Assembly: GCA_041500225.1 (NCBI GenBank)
Contig: JBGQLV010000007.1
Span: forward strand, 2,015 to 66,014
Reading direction: 5' to 3'
Length of the DNA: 64,000 nucleotides
Source: Thermodesulfovibrionia bacterium
GTDB lineage: Bacteria > Nitrospirota > Thermodesulfovibrionia > Thermodesulfovibrionales > SM23-35
Under the pieces are notes generated by a model. That model ran no database searches. It saw only the letters and a program-made list of their open reading frames with translations, and was not told the DNA's origin. Shown here one piece after another: positions 56,338 through 64,000 of the stretch. Both the position numbers and the translations under genes were made by a program. How positions within the stretch are numbered: position 1 is the stretch's first letter; the number at the start of each line of letters is the position of its first letter.

Positions 56338-57247
56338 AAAAAGCTCCCTCTTTTAATCGTCTCCCCTGGAGGAAGGCTTTAGCAGACATTGGTATCTTGC
56401 CCTCTGGCTGCAATTCAATTATCGAGATTAATCCTTCTCCTGTACCAACTATAAGTTCTTCGCCTGTCTTCTCAACCCTGCGAGGTATACCAGAGCCTTC
56501 AAGCATCTTTACCCTGGTAATTTTAATCCTTTCTTTATTTAAATAACAATAGGCACAAGGCCAAGGATACATACCACGGACAAAGTTAAATATCTCTGTT
56601 GCAGTTTTTGACCAGTTAAGCCTTCCATCCTCCTTTTTGAGAGGAGGGGCATAACCTGGAGTTCCCTTCTGAGGAATTGGTTTAATATATCCACTTCTTA
56701 TACCTTTTATAGTTCTAATCAATAAAGATGCGCCTTTCTCTGCAAGCTTATTGCCAAGGGTCTCTGCATTATCATCAGAGGATATTTCTGTCTCTTCCTG
56801 TAACAGGATATTACCTGTGTCAAGTCCTTCATCCATAAGCATTGTAGTTATACCTGTCTTCTTTTCACCATTAATTATCGCCCACTGGATTGGAGCTGCT
56901 CCTCTGTATTTCGGCAGCAGCGAGGCATGTACATTGATACAGCCATGTGAGGGAAGTCTGAGAATCTGTGCAGGCAATATCTTTCCATATGCAACAACAA
57001 CAATGATTTCAGGCATTATTTTAGAAAGCCCGTTAAGAAATAAAGGGTCTTTTATATTAACTGGCTGTAAAATCTTAATTCCTCTATCAATAGCAAGTTC
57101 TTTAACTGGTGAAGGGGAGGATACACGACCTCTTCCTTTTTTTTTATCAGGCTGTGTAACAACTGCAATAACCTCTTCCTCTGATTGAAGGAGTGCAACG
57201 AGTGAGGGGATAGCAAATGCAGGCGTGCCAAAGAATATTATACGCAT
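56324..57247 (-). CDS. fmt: Methionyl-tRNA formyltransferase
   Basis: FFGTP.FA, VTQPD..GRG, NVHASLLPKYRGAAPI, GLDTG. Confidence 0.98.
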   Translation of the reverse strand: MRIIFFGTPAFAIPSLVALLQSEEEVIAVVTQPDKKKGRGRVSSPSPVKELAIDRGIKILQPVNIKDPLFLNGLSKIMPEIIVVVAYGKILPAQILRLPSHGCINVHASLLPKYRGAAPIQWAIINGEKKTGITTMLMDEGLDTGNILLQEETEISSDDNAETLGNKLAEKGASLLIRTIKGIRSGYIKPIPQKGTPGYAPPLKKEDGRLNWSKTATEIFNFVRGMYPWPCAYCYLNKERIKITRVKMLEGSGIPRRVEKTGEELIVGTGEGLISIIELQPEGKIPMSAKAFLQGRRLKEGAFFDES

Positions 57248-57291
57248 TTAAAAGATCCTAAAATGGCAGGTAGCATACCTCAAAAGTTTTT

Positions 57292-57804
57292 TTATTCCTT
57301 CTTGTCTTTTAAAGACTTCTTATATCGTCTTTTGAAAAATTCTCTTTTAATTGGGCTCATCCTGTCAATAATAAGAAGCCCGTCGAGATGGTCTATTTCA
57401 TGCTGCAGAGCTCTGGCGAGAAGACCTGTACCTTCTATCTCCACAGTCTTTCCTTCTCTATTAAGGCCCCTGACATAGACTCGCTCAGCCCTTTTTATAG
57501 TTGTCATATATCCAGGAATACTCAGACATCCCTCTTCATCCTCAACTATGCCTTCTTTTTCAATAATCAAGGGATTTATCAGGACTATAAGTGGTTTCTT
57601 GTCTTCTTTCAGACTTATATCTATTACGCATACTCTCTTCGGAATACCTACCTGATTGGCTGCAAGCCCCACACCCCTTGCGGCATGCATAGTTTCTATC
57701 ATGTCTACTATAAGATGCTGAGTATGAGCGTCTATACTTTCTACAGAAGCAGCCTTTTGTTTTAGAATCTTTTCAGGATATTTTTTTATAGTGAGTAAGG
57801 CCAT
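57292..57804 (-). CDS. def: Peptide deformylase
   Basis: GVGLAANQ, EGCLS, QHEIDHLDG. Confidence 0.98.
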   Translation of the reverse strand: MALLTIKKYPEKILKQKAASVESIDAHTQHLIVDMIETMHAARGVGLAANQVGIPKRVCVIDISLKEDKKPLIVLINPLIIEKEGIVEDEEGCLSIPGYMTTIKRAERVYVRGLNREGKTVEIEGTGLLARALQHEIDHLDGLLIIDRMSPIKREFFKRRYKKSLKDKKE

Positions 57805-57948
57805 GTTTTATTATAAAACATTTCAATGGGATATGTCTGAGTGAAAGCCGTTGATAAATTGAAATATAAGAATAAAATTGTGTATTATACTCGTTATATC
57901 GGATAGCAGGAAATACTATCCGTATAATTTTTATCCGGAGGTTTTTAG

Positions 57949-59691
57949 ATTAAGATTATCAATTTTGATTCTAAAGAGGACAGAGAGATTTACAGACACA
58001 GCGCATCGCATATAATGGCCCATGCTGTGAAACAACTCTTTCCTGATGCAAAACTTGCGATAGGTCCTGCTATAGATGAAGGTTTTTATTATGATTTTGA
58101 TATAGACAGGGCTTTTACACCGGAAGACCTTTCTTCGATAGAAAAAAAGATGTCAGAGGTAATAAAACAGGACAATCCATTTGTGCGCAAGATTGTTTCA
58201 AAAGAAAATGCAATCGAACTATTTAGAAAAATGGGCGAGGATTATAAGGTCGAACTTCTTGAAGAAATAACAGACAAAGAGGTCTCCCTGTATGAAGAAG
58301 GTAGTTTTGTAGACCTCTGCAGGGGACCGCATATCGATTCTACAGGCCGGCTCTCTGTATTTAAACTGTTGAGTATTGCAGGTGCATACTGGCGCGGAAA
58401 TGAGAAAAATAAGATGCTCCAGAGGATTTATGGTACAGCCTTTACAGAGGAAAAGGACCTGAAGAAATACCTCAATTTCCTTGAAGAGGTTAAGAAGAGG
58501 GACCACAGAAGGCTTGGTAAGGAACTTGACCTGTTCAGCATCGGTGAAGAGATAGGGGCCGGGCTTATCATCTGGCACCCAAACGGTGCATTGGTAAGAA
58601 GGGCAATAGAAGATTTCTGGTTAGATGAACACTATAAGGCAGGTTACAAAATTCTTTATACACCGCATATAGCTAAACTCAATCTTTGGCAGAAAAGTGG
58701 CCATCTCGATTTTTACAGGGAGAATATGTATTCTCCAATGGAGATTGAAGGGACAGCCTATGAAATTAAACCCATGAATTGTCCTTTCCATATTCATGTA
58801 TATAAAAATTCGTTAAGGAGTTACAAAAACCTTCCAATAAGATATGCTGAGTTAGGAACGGTTTACAGATATGAACGCTCTGGTGTCCTGCATGGGCTTT
58901 TACGTGTCAGAGGTTTTACACAGGATGATGCACATATATTCTGCAGAGAAGATCAGATAGAGGATGAGATACTGAAAGTCCTTGAGTTTACACTTTTCAT
59001 ACTGAGGATATTTGGGTTTGAGCACTATGATGTTTACCTTTCAACAAGACCTGAAAGATATGTTGGAAGCCTTGAGAACTGGGAAAGGGCAACCAATGCC
59101 CTTAAAGGGGCACTTGAGATAAAAGGACTTTCTTATGAGATAGACATAGGTGAAGGTGTTTTTTATGGTCCTAAGATAGACATAAAGGTCAAGGATTCAC
59201 TAAACAGGCCATGGCAGTGCAGCACTATTCAGGTTGATTTCAATAACCCCGAAAGGTTCGACATGACTTACAGAGGAAGTGACGGTAAAGAACACAGACC
59301 GATAATGATACACAGGACATTGATGGGGTCTTTAGAAAGGTTCTTCGGGATACTTATAGAGCATTATGCAGGCGCATTTCCTTTATGGCTTGCACCTGTG
59401 CAGGTTGAGGTTCTTACAATCGCAGAAAGACATGCGGATTATGCGATTGCATTATCAGAAAAGTTAAGATCAGAGGGAATAAGGACTGAGTTAAATATTG
59501 ATAACGAAAAGATTGGCTATAAGATCAGGAGCGCCGCTGTAAGAAAGGTACCATTTTTGATTATAATAGGGGATAAAGAAGTTTCAGAAAAAAAGGTTAC
59601 TGTTAGAAAACGCTCAGGCGAAAACATTGGCCCATTTACAACAGATGAATTTATCGGAATGATAAAAGACAAAGAAAAAGACAGGGTTTAA
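57949..59691 (+). CDS. thrS: Threonyl-tRNA synthetase (no TGS domain), probable ATT start
   Basis: RHSASH (upstream of the first ATG), DLCRGPH, RDHR, KPMNCP, FYGPKID; GGAGG 7 nt before ATT 57949. Confidence 0.93.
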   Translation: MKIINFDSKEDREIYRHSASHIMAHAVKQLFPDAKLAIGPAIDEGFYYDFDIDRAFTPEDLSSIEKKMSEVIKQDNPFVRKIVSKENAIELFRKMGEDYKVELLEEITDKEVSLYEEGSFVDLCRGPHIDSTGRLSVFKLLSIAGAYWRGNEKNKMLQRIYGTAFTEEKDLKKYLNFLEEVKKRDHRRLGKELDLFSIGEEIGAGLIIWHPNGALVRRAIEDFWLDEHYKAGYKILYTPHIAKLNLWQKSGHLDFYRENMYSPMEIEGTAYEIKPMNCPFHIHVYKNSLRSYKNLPIRYAELGTVYRYERSGVLHGLLRVRGFTQDDAHIFCREDQIEDEILKVLEFTLFILRIFGFEHYDVYLSTRPERYVGSLENWERATNALKGALEIKGLSYEIDIGEGVFYGPKIDIKVKDSLNRPWQCSTIQVDFNNPERFDMTYRGSDGKEHRPIMIHRTLMGSLERFFGILIEHYAGAFPLWLAPVQVEVLTIAERHADYAIALSEKLRSEGIRTELNIDNEKIGYKIRSAAVRKVPFLIIIGDKEVSEKKVTVRKRSGENIGPFTTDEFIGMIKDKEKDRV

Positions 59692-59816
59692 AAATTTGTA
59701 TTTAGATTTTTTATTGTTAATAGTATAATTTCAATTGCTCGATTTAAAAGTTTATTGCTTGTGGAATTCGACAATAGGTTTATAAATTAGATGTTTTAAA
59801 ATCAGGAGGTGAAAGT

Positions 59817-60311
59817 ATAAGCAAAGATATAAGGGTTAACGCACAGATAAGGGCTAAGGAGGTCAGGCTTATAGATTTCGATGGGAACCAGCTCGGTATA
59901 GTACCAATAAATGATGCATTAAGGATTGCCGGCGAGAGAGGACTTGATCTTATAGAAGTAGCATCAAATGTTATCCCTCCGGTTTGCAAGATACTCGATT
60001 TTGGGAAATACAGGTACCAATTAAGCAAGAGACAGACTCAGAGGAAGACAATTGATGTTAAAGAGATTAAGATCAGGCCTCAAATAACAGAACATGACCT
60101 TGGGCTGAAGGTGAAAAGTATCAGACGTTTTCTTGATGAGGGTAACAAGGCAAAGGTAACGATGTTTTTTAAGGGTAGGGAGATTGTCAGACGAGACCTC
60201 GGGATGAAGGTATTCGGGAGAATAACCCAGTTGCTTACCGGAAAGTTTAACCTTGAACAGGCGCCAAGGCTTGAAGGTAATCACATAACAATGGTCATTG
60301 CATCAAAATAA
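59817..60311 (+). CDS. infC: Translation initiation factor IF-3, ATA start
   Basis: AGGAGGTG then ATA; ISKDIRVNAQIRAKEVRLI...PPVCKILDFGKYRY, in frame with the ORF-track fragment 60111-60311. Confidence 0.95.
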   Translation: MSKDIRVNAQIRAKEVRLIDFDGNQLGIVPINDALRIAGERGLDLIEVASNVIPPVCKILDFGKYRYQLSKRQTQRKTIDVKEIKIRPQITEHDLGLKVKSIRRFLDEGNKAKVTMFFKGREIVRRDLGMKVFGRITQLLTGKFNLEQAPRLEGNHITMVIASK

Positions 60312-60383
60312 ATAAGAAGTAAGAAGTGAAATCATAACTTCCCAATTCCTATTTCTCATTTTACAGTTTATTAGGAGGATAAG

Positions 60384-60581
60384 ATGCCAAAGCTTAAGAC
60401 CCACAGGGGGGCGGCAAAGAGATTTAAGGTGACAGGTACAGGTAAGATAAAAAGGTGGAGCGGTTATAAGGGCCATCTTCTCACAGGTAAATCTGCAAAA
60501 AGGACGAGAAGGCTCAGGACAGCATCTTTAGTTTCTGATAGCGAATGTGTTAACATTAAGAGACTTTTACCTTATTTATAA
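60384..60581 (+). CDS. rpmI: 50S ribosomal protein L35
   Basis: [20 protein letters not shown]. Confidence 0.98.
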   Translation: MPKLKTHRGAAKRFKVTGTGKIKRWSGYKGHLLTGKSAKRTRRLRTASLVSDSECVNIKRLLPYL

Positions 60582-60630
60582 AAATAATTACTAATTGAGA
60601 ATTACTAATTAAGAATTTGAGGAGGAATAG

Positions 60631-60978
60631 ATGCCGAGGGCAAAGGGTGGATTCAAGACGAGGAGAAGAAGGAAAAAGATATTAGAGAAGGCAAAAGGGT
60701 ACTACGGAGCTAAAAGCCGCCTTTACAGAGTTGCGACAGAAGCTGTCGATAAGGCACTGCAATATGCTTATAAGGATCGTAAGGTAAAGAAGCGTGAGTT
60801 CCGTTCTCTCTGGATTGCCAGGATAAATGCTGCTGCACGTGCGCTTGGGCTGAGTTACAGCCAGTTTATGTTAAAGCTGAAAAAGGCAAACATAGCATTA
60901 AACAGGAAGGTACTTGCAGATATGGCCTACAATGATCCTTCTGCTTTCAGTCAACTCGTAGAGAAAGTGAAAAATTGA
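60631..60978 (+). CDS. rplT: 50S ribosomal protein L20
   Basis: [25 protein letters not shown]. Confidence 0.98.
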   Translation: MPRAKGGFKTRRRRKKILEKAKGYYGAKSRLYRVATEAVDKALQYAYKDRKVKKREFRSLWIARINAAARALGLSYSQFMLKLKKANIALNRKVLADMAYNDPSAFSQLVEKVKN

Positions 60979-60986
60979 AGTAAGAA

Positions 60987-62000
60987 GTGGAGGACATACT
61001 TTCTCTAAAAAATTCATTTCTAAAAGAATCGAAATCAGCCGCATCTGTGGCTGAACTCCAGCAGCTAAGGATAAAATATTTAGGTAAAAAGGGCCTTGTT
61101 ACTTCAAAACTCAAGGCTCTTTCCACAATCTCTCCAGAGTTAAGACCGGCATACGGCAAGGCAGTAAATGAAGTTAAGGTTTATATTGAAGAAGAAATAA
61201 ACAGGATAGAGGCTCTTCTTAAAAAAGAAGAACATAAAAAGCGTATCGTTTCAGAGGCTGTAGATATAACCCTGCCGGGGAAGTTCACACCATTTGGCAG
61301 GGAGCATCCTATCAATAAGGTACTTTATGAAATAACCCGGATATTTGTTTCAATGGGTTTCGAGGTTGAAGAGGGACCTGATGTGGAGCTCGACTATTAT
61401 AATTTTGAAGCACTAAACATACCTAAGGACCATCCTGCGAGAGACATGCAGGATACATTTTATATTTCTGACGATATTGTCCTCAGGACTCATACCTCGC
61501 CTGTCCAGATAAGGGTTATGGAAAAGAGGAAGCCACCTTTAAAGATTATTGCTCCCGGAAAGGTTTACAGATGCGATGCAGATATATCTCATACCCCGAT
61601 GTTCCACCAGGTAGAAGGCTTCATGGTTGATACAGATGTTGCATTCAGCGATCTCAAAGGTGTGCTGGAATCGTTTATCCATAGCATTTTTAGTGCTGAG
61701 ACCCCTGTAAGATTCAGGCCGAGTTTTTTCCCGTTTACAGAACCGAGCGCAGAGGCAGATATCGGCTGTATCTTCTGTTCCGGAAAAGGGTGCAGAGTGT
61801 GTAAGAACACAGGATGGCTCGAGATATTAGGTGCTGGTATGATAAATCCGAGGGTGTTTGAGATGGTCGGATATGATCCTGAGGTATATTCAGGTTTTGC
61901 TTTTGGGATGGGTGTAGAGAGGATAGTTATGCTCAAATATTCGATTGATGATATAAGACTATTCTTTGAGAATGATATGCGGTTTTTGAAGCAGTTCTGA
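60987..62000 (+). CDS. pheS: Phenylalanyl-tRNA synthetase alpha subunit
   Basis: HPARDMQDTFY, RTHTSPVQ, FHQVEG, FPFTEPS, GFAFGMG.ER. Confidence 0.98.
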   Translation: MEDILSLKNSFLKESKSAASVAELQQLRIKYLGKKGLVTSKLKALSTISPELRPAYGKAVNEVKVYIEEEINRIEALLKKEEHKKRIVSEAVDITLPGKFTPFGREHPINKVLYEITRIFVSMGFEVEEGPDVELDYYNFEALNIPKDHPARDMQDTFYISDDIVLRTHTSPVQIRVMEKRKPPLKIIAPGKVYRCDADISHTPMFHQVEGFMVDTDVAFSDLKGVLESFIHSIFSAETPVRFRPSFFPFTEPSAEADIGCIFCSGKGCRVCKNTGWLEILGAGMINPRVFEMVGYDPEVYSGFAFGMGVERIVMLKYSIDDIRLFFENDMRFLKQF

Positions 62001-62205
62001 TTGGTGCCGCCCCCACAGACGATCTCGAGTAAAAAGTTGATTTCTTCATCTACTTTACATAACATCTGATTCTATTATGATGAGACTTTCCCATCCTACT
62101 GCGCACCACAACGGGATCTATATGTCAACAATTATCGATAGAAACATGCAATCGGCGTCACTGAGTCTACGGCGTGAAACTGTGAGCATTGGGCTGGATG
62201 TCAAA

Positions 62206-62502
62206 TTATGCCGCAACGAACTCGATCTTGACCCGCGTCCCAGTTGCTTCGGCGATCTTTTCCAAGGTCTTGAGCGTAAAGCCCTCGTACTCGCCGCTCT
62301 CGATCCTCGAAATCGCCTGTTGGCTGGTGCCCATAAGCTCCGCCAATTGCTGTTGCGACAGTCCTTTCTTCTCGCGCAGCTTCGCGATCTTCATCGCCAG
62401 TTTGAGGGCTTGCCGCTCTTCCTCATAATGAGCTCTGAATTCGGGATCTTTGAGATCTTCGCACAACCTGCTTCGGAATGTCCTAACTTTGCCTTTTTTC
62501 AT
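62206..62502 (-). CDS. higA: XRE-family HTH antitoxin (HigA-like)
   Basis: LREKKGLSQQQLAELMGTSQQAISRIESG; downstream of the toxin. Confidence 0.88.
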   Translation of the reverse strand: MKKGKVRTFRSRLCEDLKDPEFRAHYEEERQALKLAMKIAKLREKKGLSQQQLAELMGTSQQAISRIESGEYEGFTLKTLEKIAEATGTRVKIEFVAA

Positions 62503-62870
62503 GTTACACCTCCTGTCGTCAAACGTCTGATCCAGTCTTCCATGCGTCTTTCCGCCAACTCAATGTCCTTCTCTTTCAATTGCTGTGTCTTCTTGGAAAA
62601 AGCATGTGCCAATACGATCTGATCACGAGCCTGGAAGAAAAAGAGGATGCGGTACTGATTCGAACTTTGGTGTATCCTCAACTCCCTGATTTTTCCTCTC
62701 ACGACATCAGCATAAGGCCGCTTGAGATTCGGACCCTGCTCTTCCAGGAGCGACAGGTGCGCTGCCACCTTCGCCCGCGACTTTTTGTCCAGTCCATCTA
62801 AAAAATCATCGACCGGTGAATCTCCCCGCTCAGTCGTGTAGAAGATAAGATCGTACAAGTACACCTCCAC
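62499..62870 (-). CDS. higB: RelE/ParE (HigB/Gp49-like) toxin
   Basis: FY....G.SPV..FL, IRELR, YRILFF, LAHAF.KKTQ. Confidence 0.88.
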   Translation of the reverse strand: MEVYLYDLIFYTTERGDSPVDDFLDGLDKKSRAKVAAHLSLLEEQGPNLKRPYADVVRGKIRELRIHQSSNQYRILFFFQARDQIVLAHAFSKKTQQLKEKDIELAERRMEDWIRRLTTGGVT

Positions 62871-62880
62871 GCTGTATTTA

Positions 62881-62910
62881 TTATATACATCATGATTGAT
62901 GTATTGTCAA
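62881..62910 (-). promoter_or_regulatory. higBA promoter with inverted-repeat operator
   Basis: Minus strand: TTGACA atacatca-atca-tgatgtat ATAAT just before the GTG start. Confidence 0.7.
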
Positions 62911-63098
62911 GCTGACCTGTTTGTTTTCGTCTCAAGGAACCTGTCGATATCGGTAGCACCGGATATAAGAAACTTCAAGAAACTGGCATTTCTTAGGCGC
63001 AATGTTTCGCTGATACTTAGCAAGACAAGATATTGCTGAATGCCCTTTGCCGTTGAAGAACCACCGATAACTTTCATCAGAAACACAAATCGAAGAGA
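62907..63098 (-). pseudogene. C-terminal remnant of an IS66-like transposase
   Basis: RFVFLMKVIGGSSTAKGIQQYLVLLSISETLRLRNASFLKFL resembles IS66-family C-termini (recognised from memory). Confidence 0.5.
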
Positions 63099-63314
63099 GA
63101 AAAGAGGGGACGTTGTCAATTTAAGCAACATAATCCTTGCACAAGCGTTTTATATCTTCCTGTTCAATCACATTACTTTCTTCGACACGACTCGAAGCAG
63201 CTTACACGGACTGAGGGATGACCGAAACAGGGAAGACTTTGTGTGGAGATACTATAATAAGTTGCTTATGTTGGCAACGTCCCTAAGAATTCTTTACACG
63301 TCCCTAAGAATTCT

Positions 63315-63758
63315 TTATGACTTTTGAAGGTTCGCACCGGCCATGTTTATCAAAACGGCTTCAGTCATACGGAGGTCAGCCCCGGAAAGATCGGTGTTAA
63401 TAAATTTTGCGCATGATATTTTTGAATTCGTGAAGTTCACCTCCCGGAGATTTGCCTCTGAAAAATCCGCTCCGATAAAGGAAGAGAAGGTGAGGTCAGA
63501 CTTTTCGAGGTGAGCCCGTCTGAAGACCGCACCTGCAAAGTTAGAACTGCTCATGTCACAACCGGATAAATCGGAGTCCTCAAAATTCGACATGCTCACA
63601 TTCGATTTGCTTAAATTGGCGCCTTTCAGATTACATCGTTTAAATTGGGCGGCAATCAGATCGAGTTGACTTAAATTTAATCCGGAAAGGTCATATCCGG
63701 AGCAATCCCCCGTTGTATTGGCCAGCTTAATGACATCGCTTCGCGAAAGTTTTTCCAT
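63315..63758 (-). CDS. Pentapeptide repeat protein
   Basis: A(D/N)LxG-type 5-residue repeats throughout. Confidence 0.9.
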   Translation of the reverse strand: MEKLSRSDVIKLANTTGDCSGYDLSGLNLSQLDLIAAQFKRCNLKGANLSKSNVSMSNFEDSDLSGCDMSSSNFAGAVFRRAHLEKSDLTFSSFIGADFSEANLREVNFTNSKISCAKFINTDLSGADLRMTEAVLINMAGANLQKS

Positions 63759-63763
63759 GATCT

Positions 63764-64000
63764 TTACTTATTTGCCAAAAGCCGGAAGCTTTGAATAATC
63801 CTCTCAGCCTTCACCTTATCACTGTCATAACGGTCTGCCAGAGTGAAATGGCTGATTACGTATCCCTTCATATTGTAAACAAGAACATAGTGGTCCATTA
63901 CGGCTTCTTGCCCACGGCCCTTTGCATATATCTGAAACCATTGTGCCGGGACTCCGGAGAGAGTTGTGGAACCTGAGGCAGTTTCATGCCCTTCGCGGCC
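63764..64000 (-). CDS. 3' end of a hypothetical protein (PsbP/DcrB-like C-terminus); runs off window
   Basis: Open frame from 64000 to TAA at 63766-63764, ending ...YVISHFT...AERIIQSFRLLANK. Confidence 0.55.
   Translation of the reverse strand, partial: GREGHETASGSTTLSGVPAQWFQIYAKGRGQEAVMDHYVLVYNMKGYVISHFTLADRYDSDKVKAERIIQSFRLLANK

Noticed and set aside
62001-62030. tggtgccgccccca after pheS, resembling a minus-strand tRNA 3' end
   Set aside because: No T-arm (TTCGA) consensus follows; too short to call
62077-62622. 181-aa plus-strand ORF
   Set aside because: Antisense to higBA
1-64000. CRISPR-Cas, retron/DGR reverse transcriptase, rRNA, selenoprotein recoding
   Set aside because: No repeat-spacer array, RT motif, rRNA sequence or convincing in-frame TGA continuation was seen by eye

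Overview
AT-rich anaerobic bacterial chromosome segment. Gene content and style suggest a Nitrospirota/Thermodesulfovibrionia-like organism (inference). Left part: a partial P-type ATPase, a divergent two-subunit biotin-dependent carboxylase, archaeal-type thyA, a heme-c-linked multi-kinase signalling operon, cooC and recR. A higher-GC block follows (THUMP methyltransferase, csp, DEAD-box helicase, maf, flavoprotein, glgP), then hsp20 and hicAB. Centre: a ~10.6 kb integrative element (25176-35799) in tRNA-Glu(CTC). It has clear att repeats, integrase arm-type and IHF-like sites, tyrosine integrase/Xis, a primase-polymerase-helicase, a second (serine) recombinase, an unannotated 28-aa membrane peptide, a structured RNA/attenuator and a TPR-glycosyltransferase, but no recognisable virion genes. 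Right part: housekeeping genes (tpiA, secG, ymdB, rny, 6S RNA), a B12 salvage cluster with two cobalamin riboswitches and several repeat elements inserted in frame into genes, nadA, rpe, fmt, def and thrS-infC-rpmI-rplT-pheS. thrS and infC both appear to use non-canonical start codons. Accessory DNA (higBA, IS66-like remnant) sits where pheT is expected. All calls come from reading the sequence; no database searches were run.
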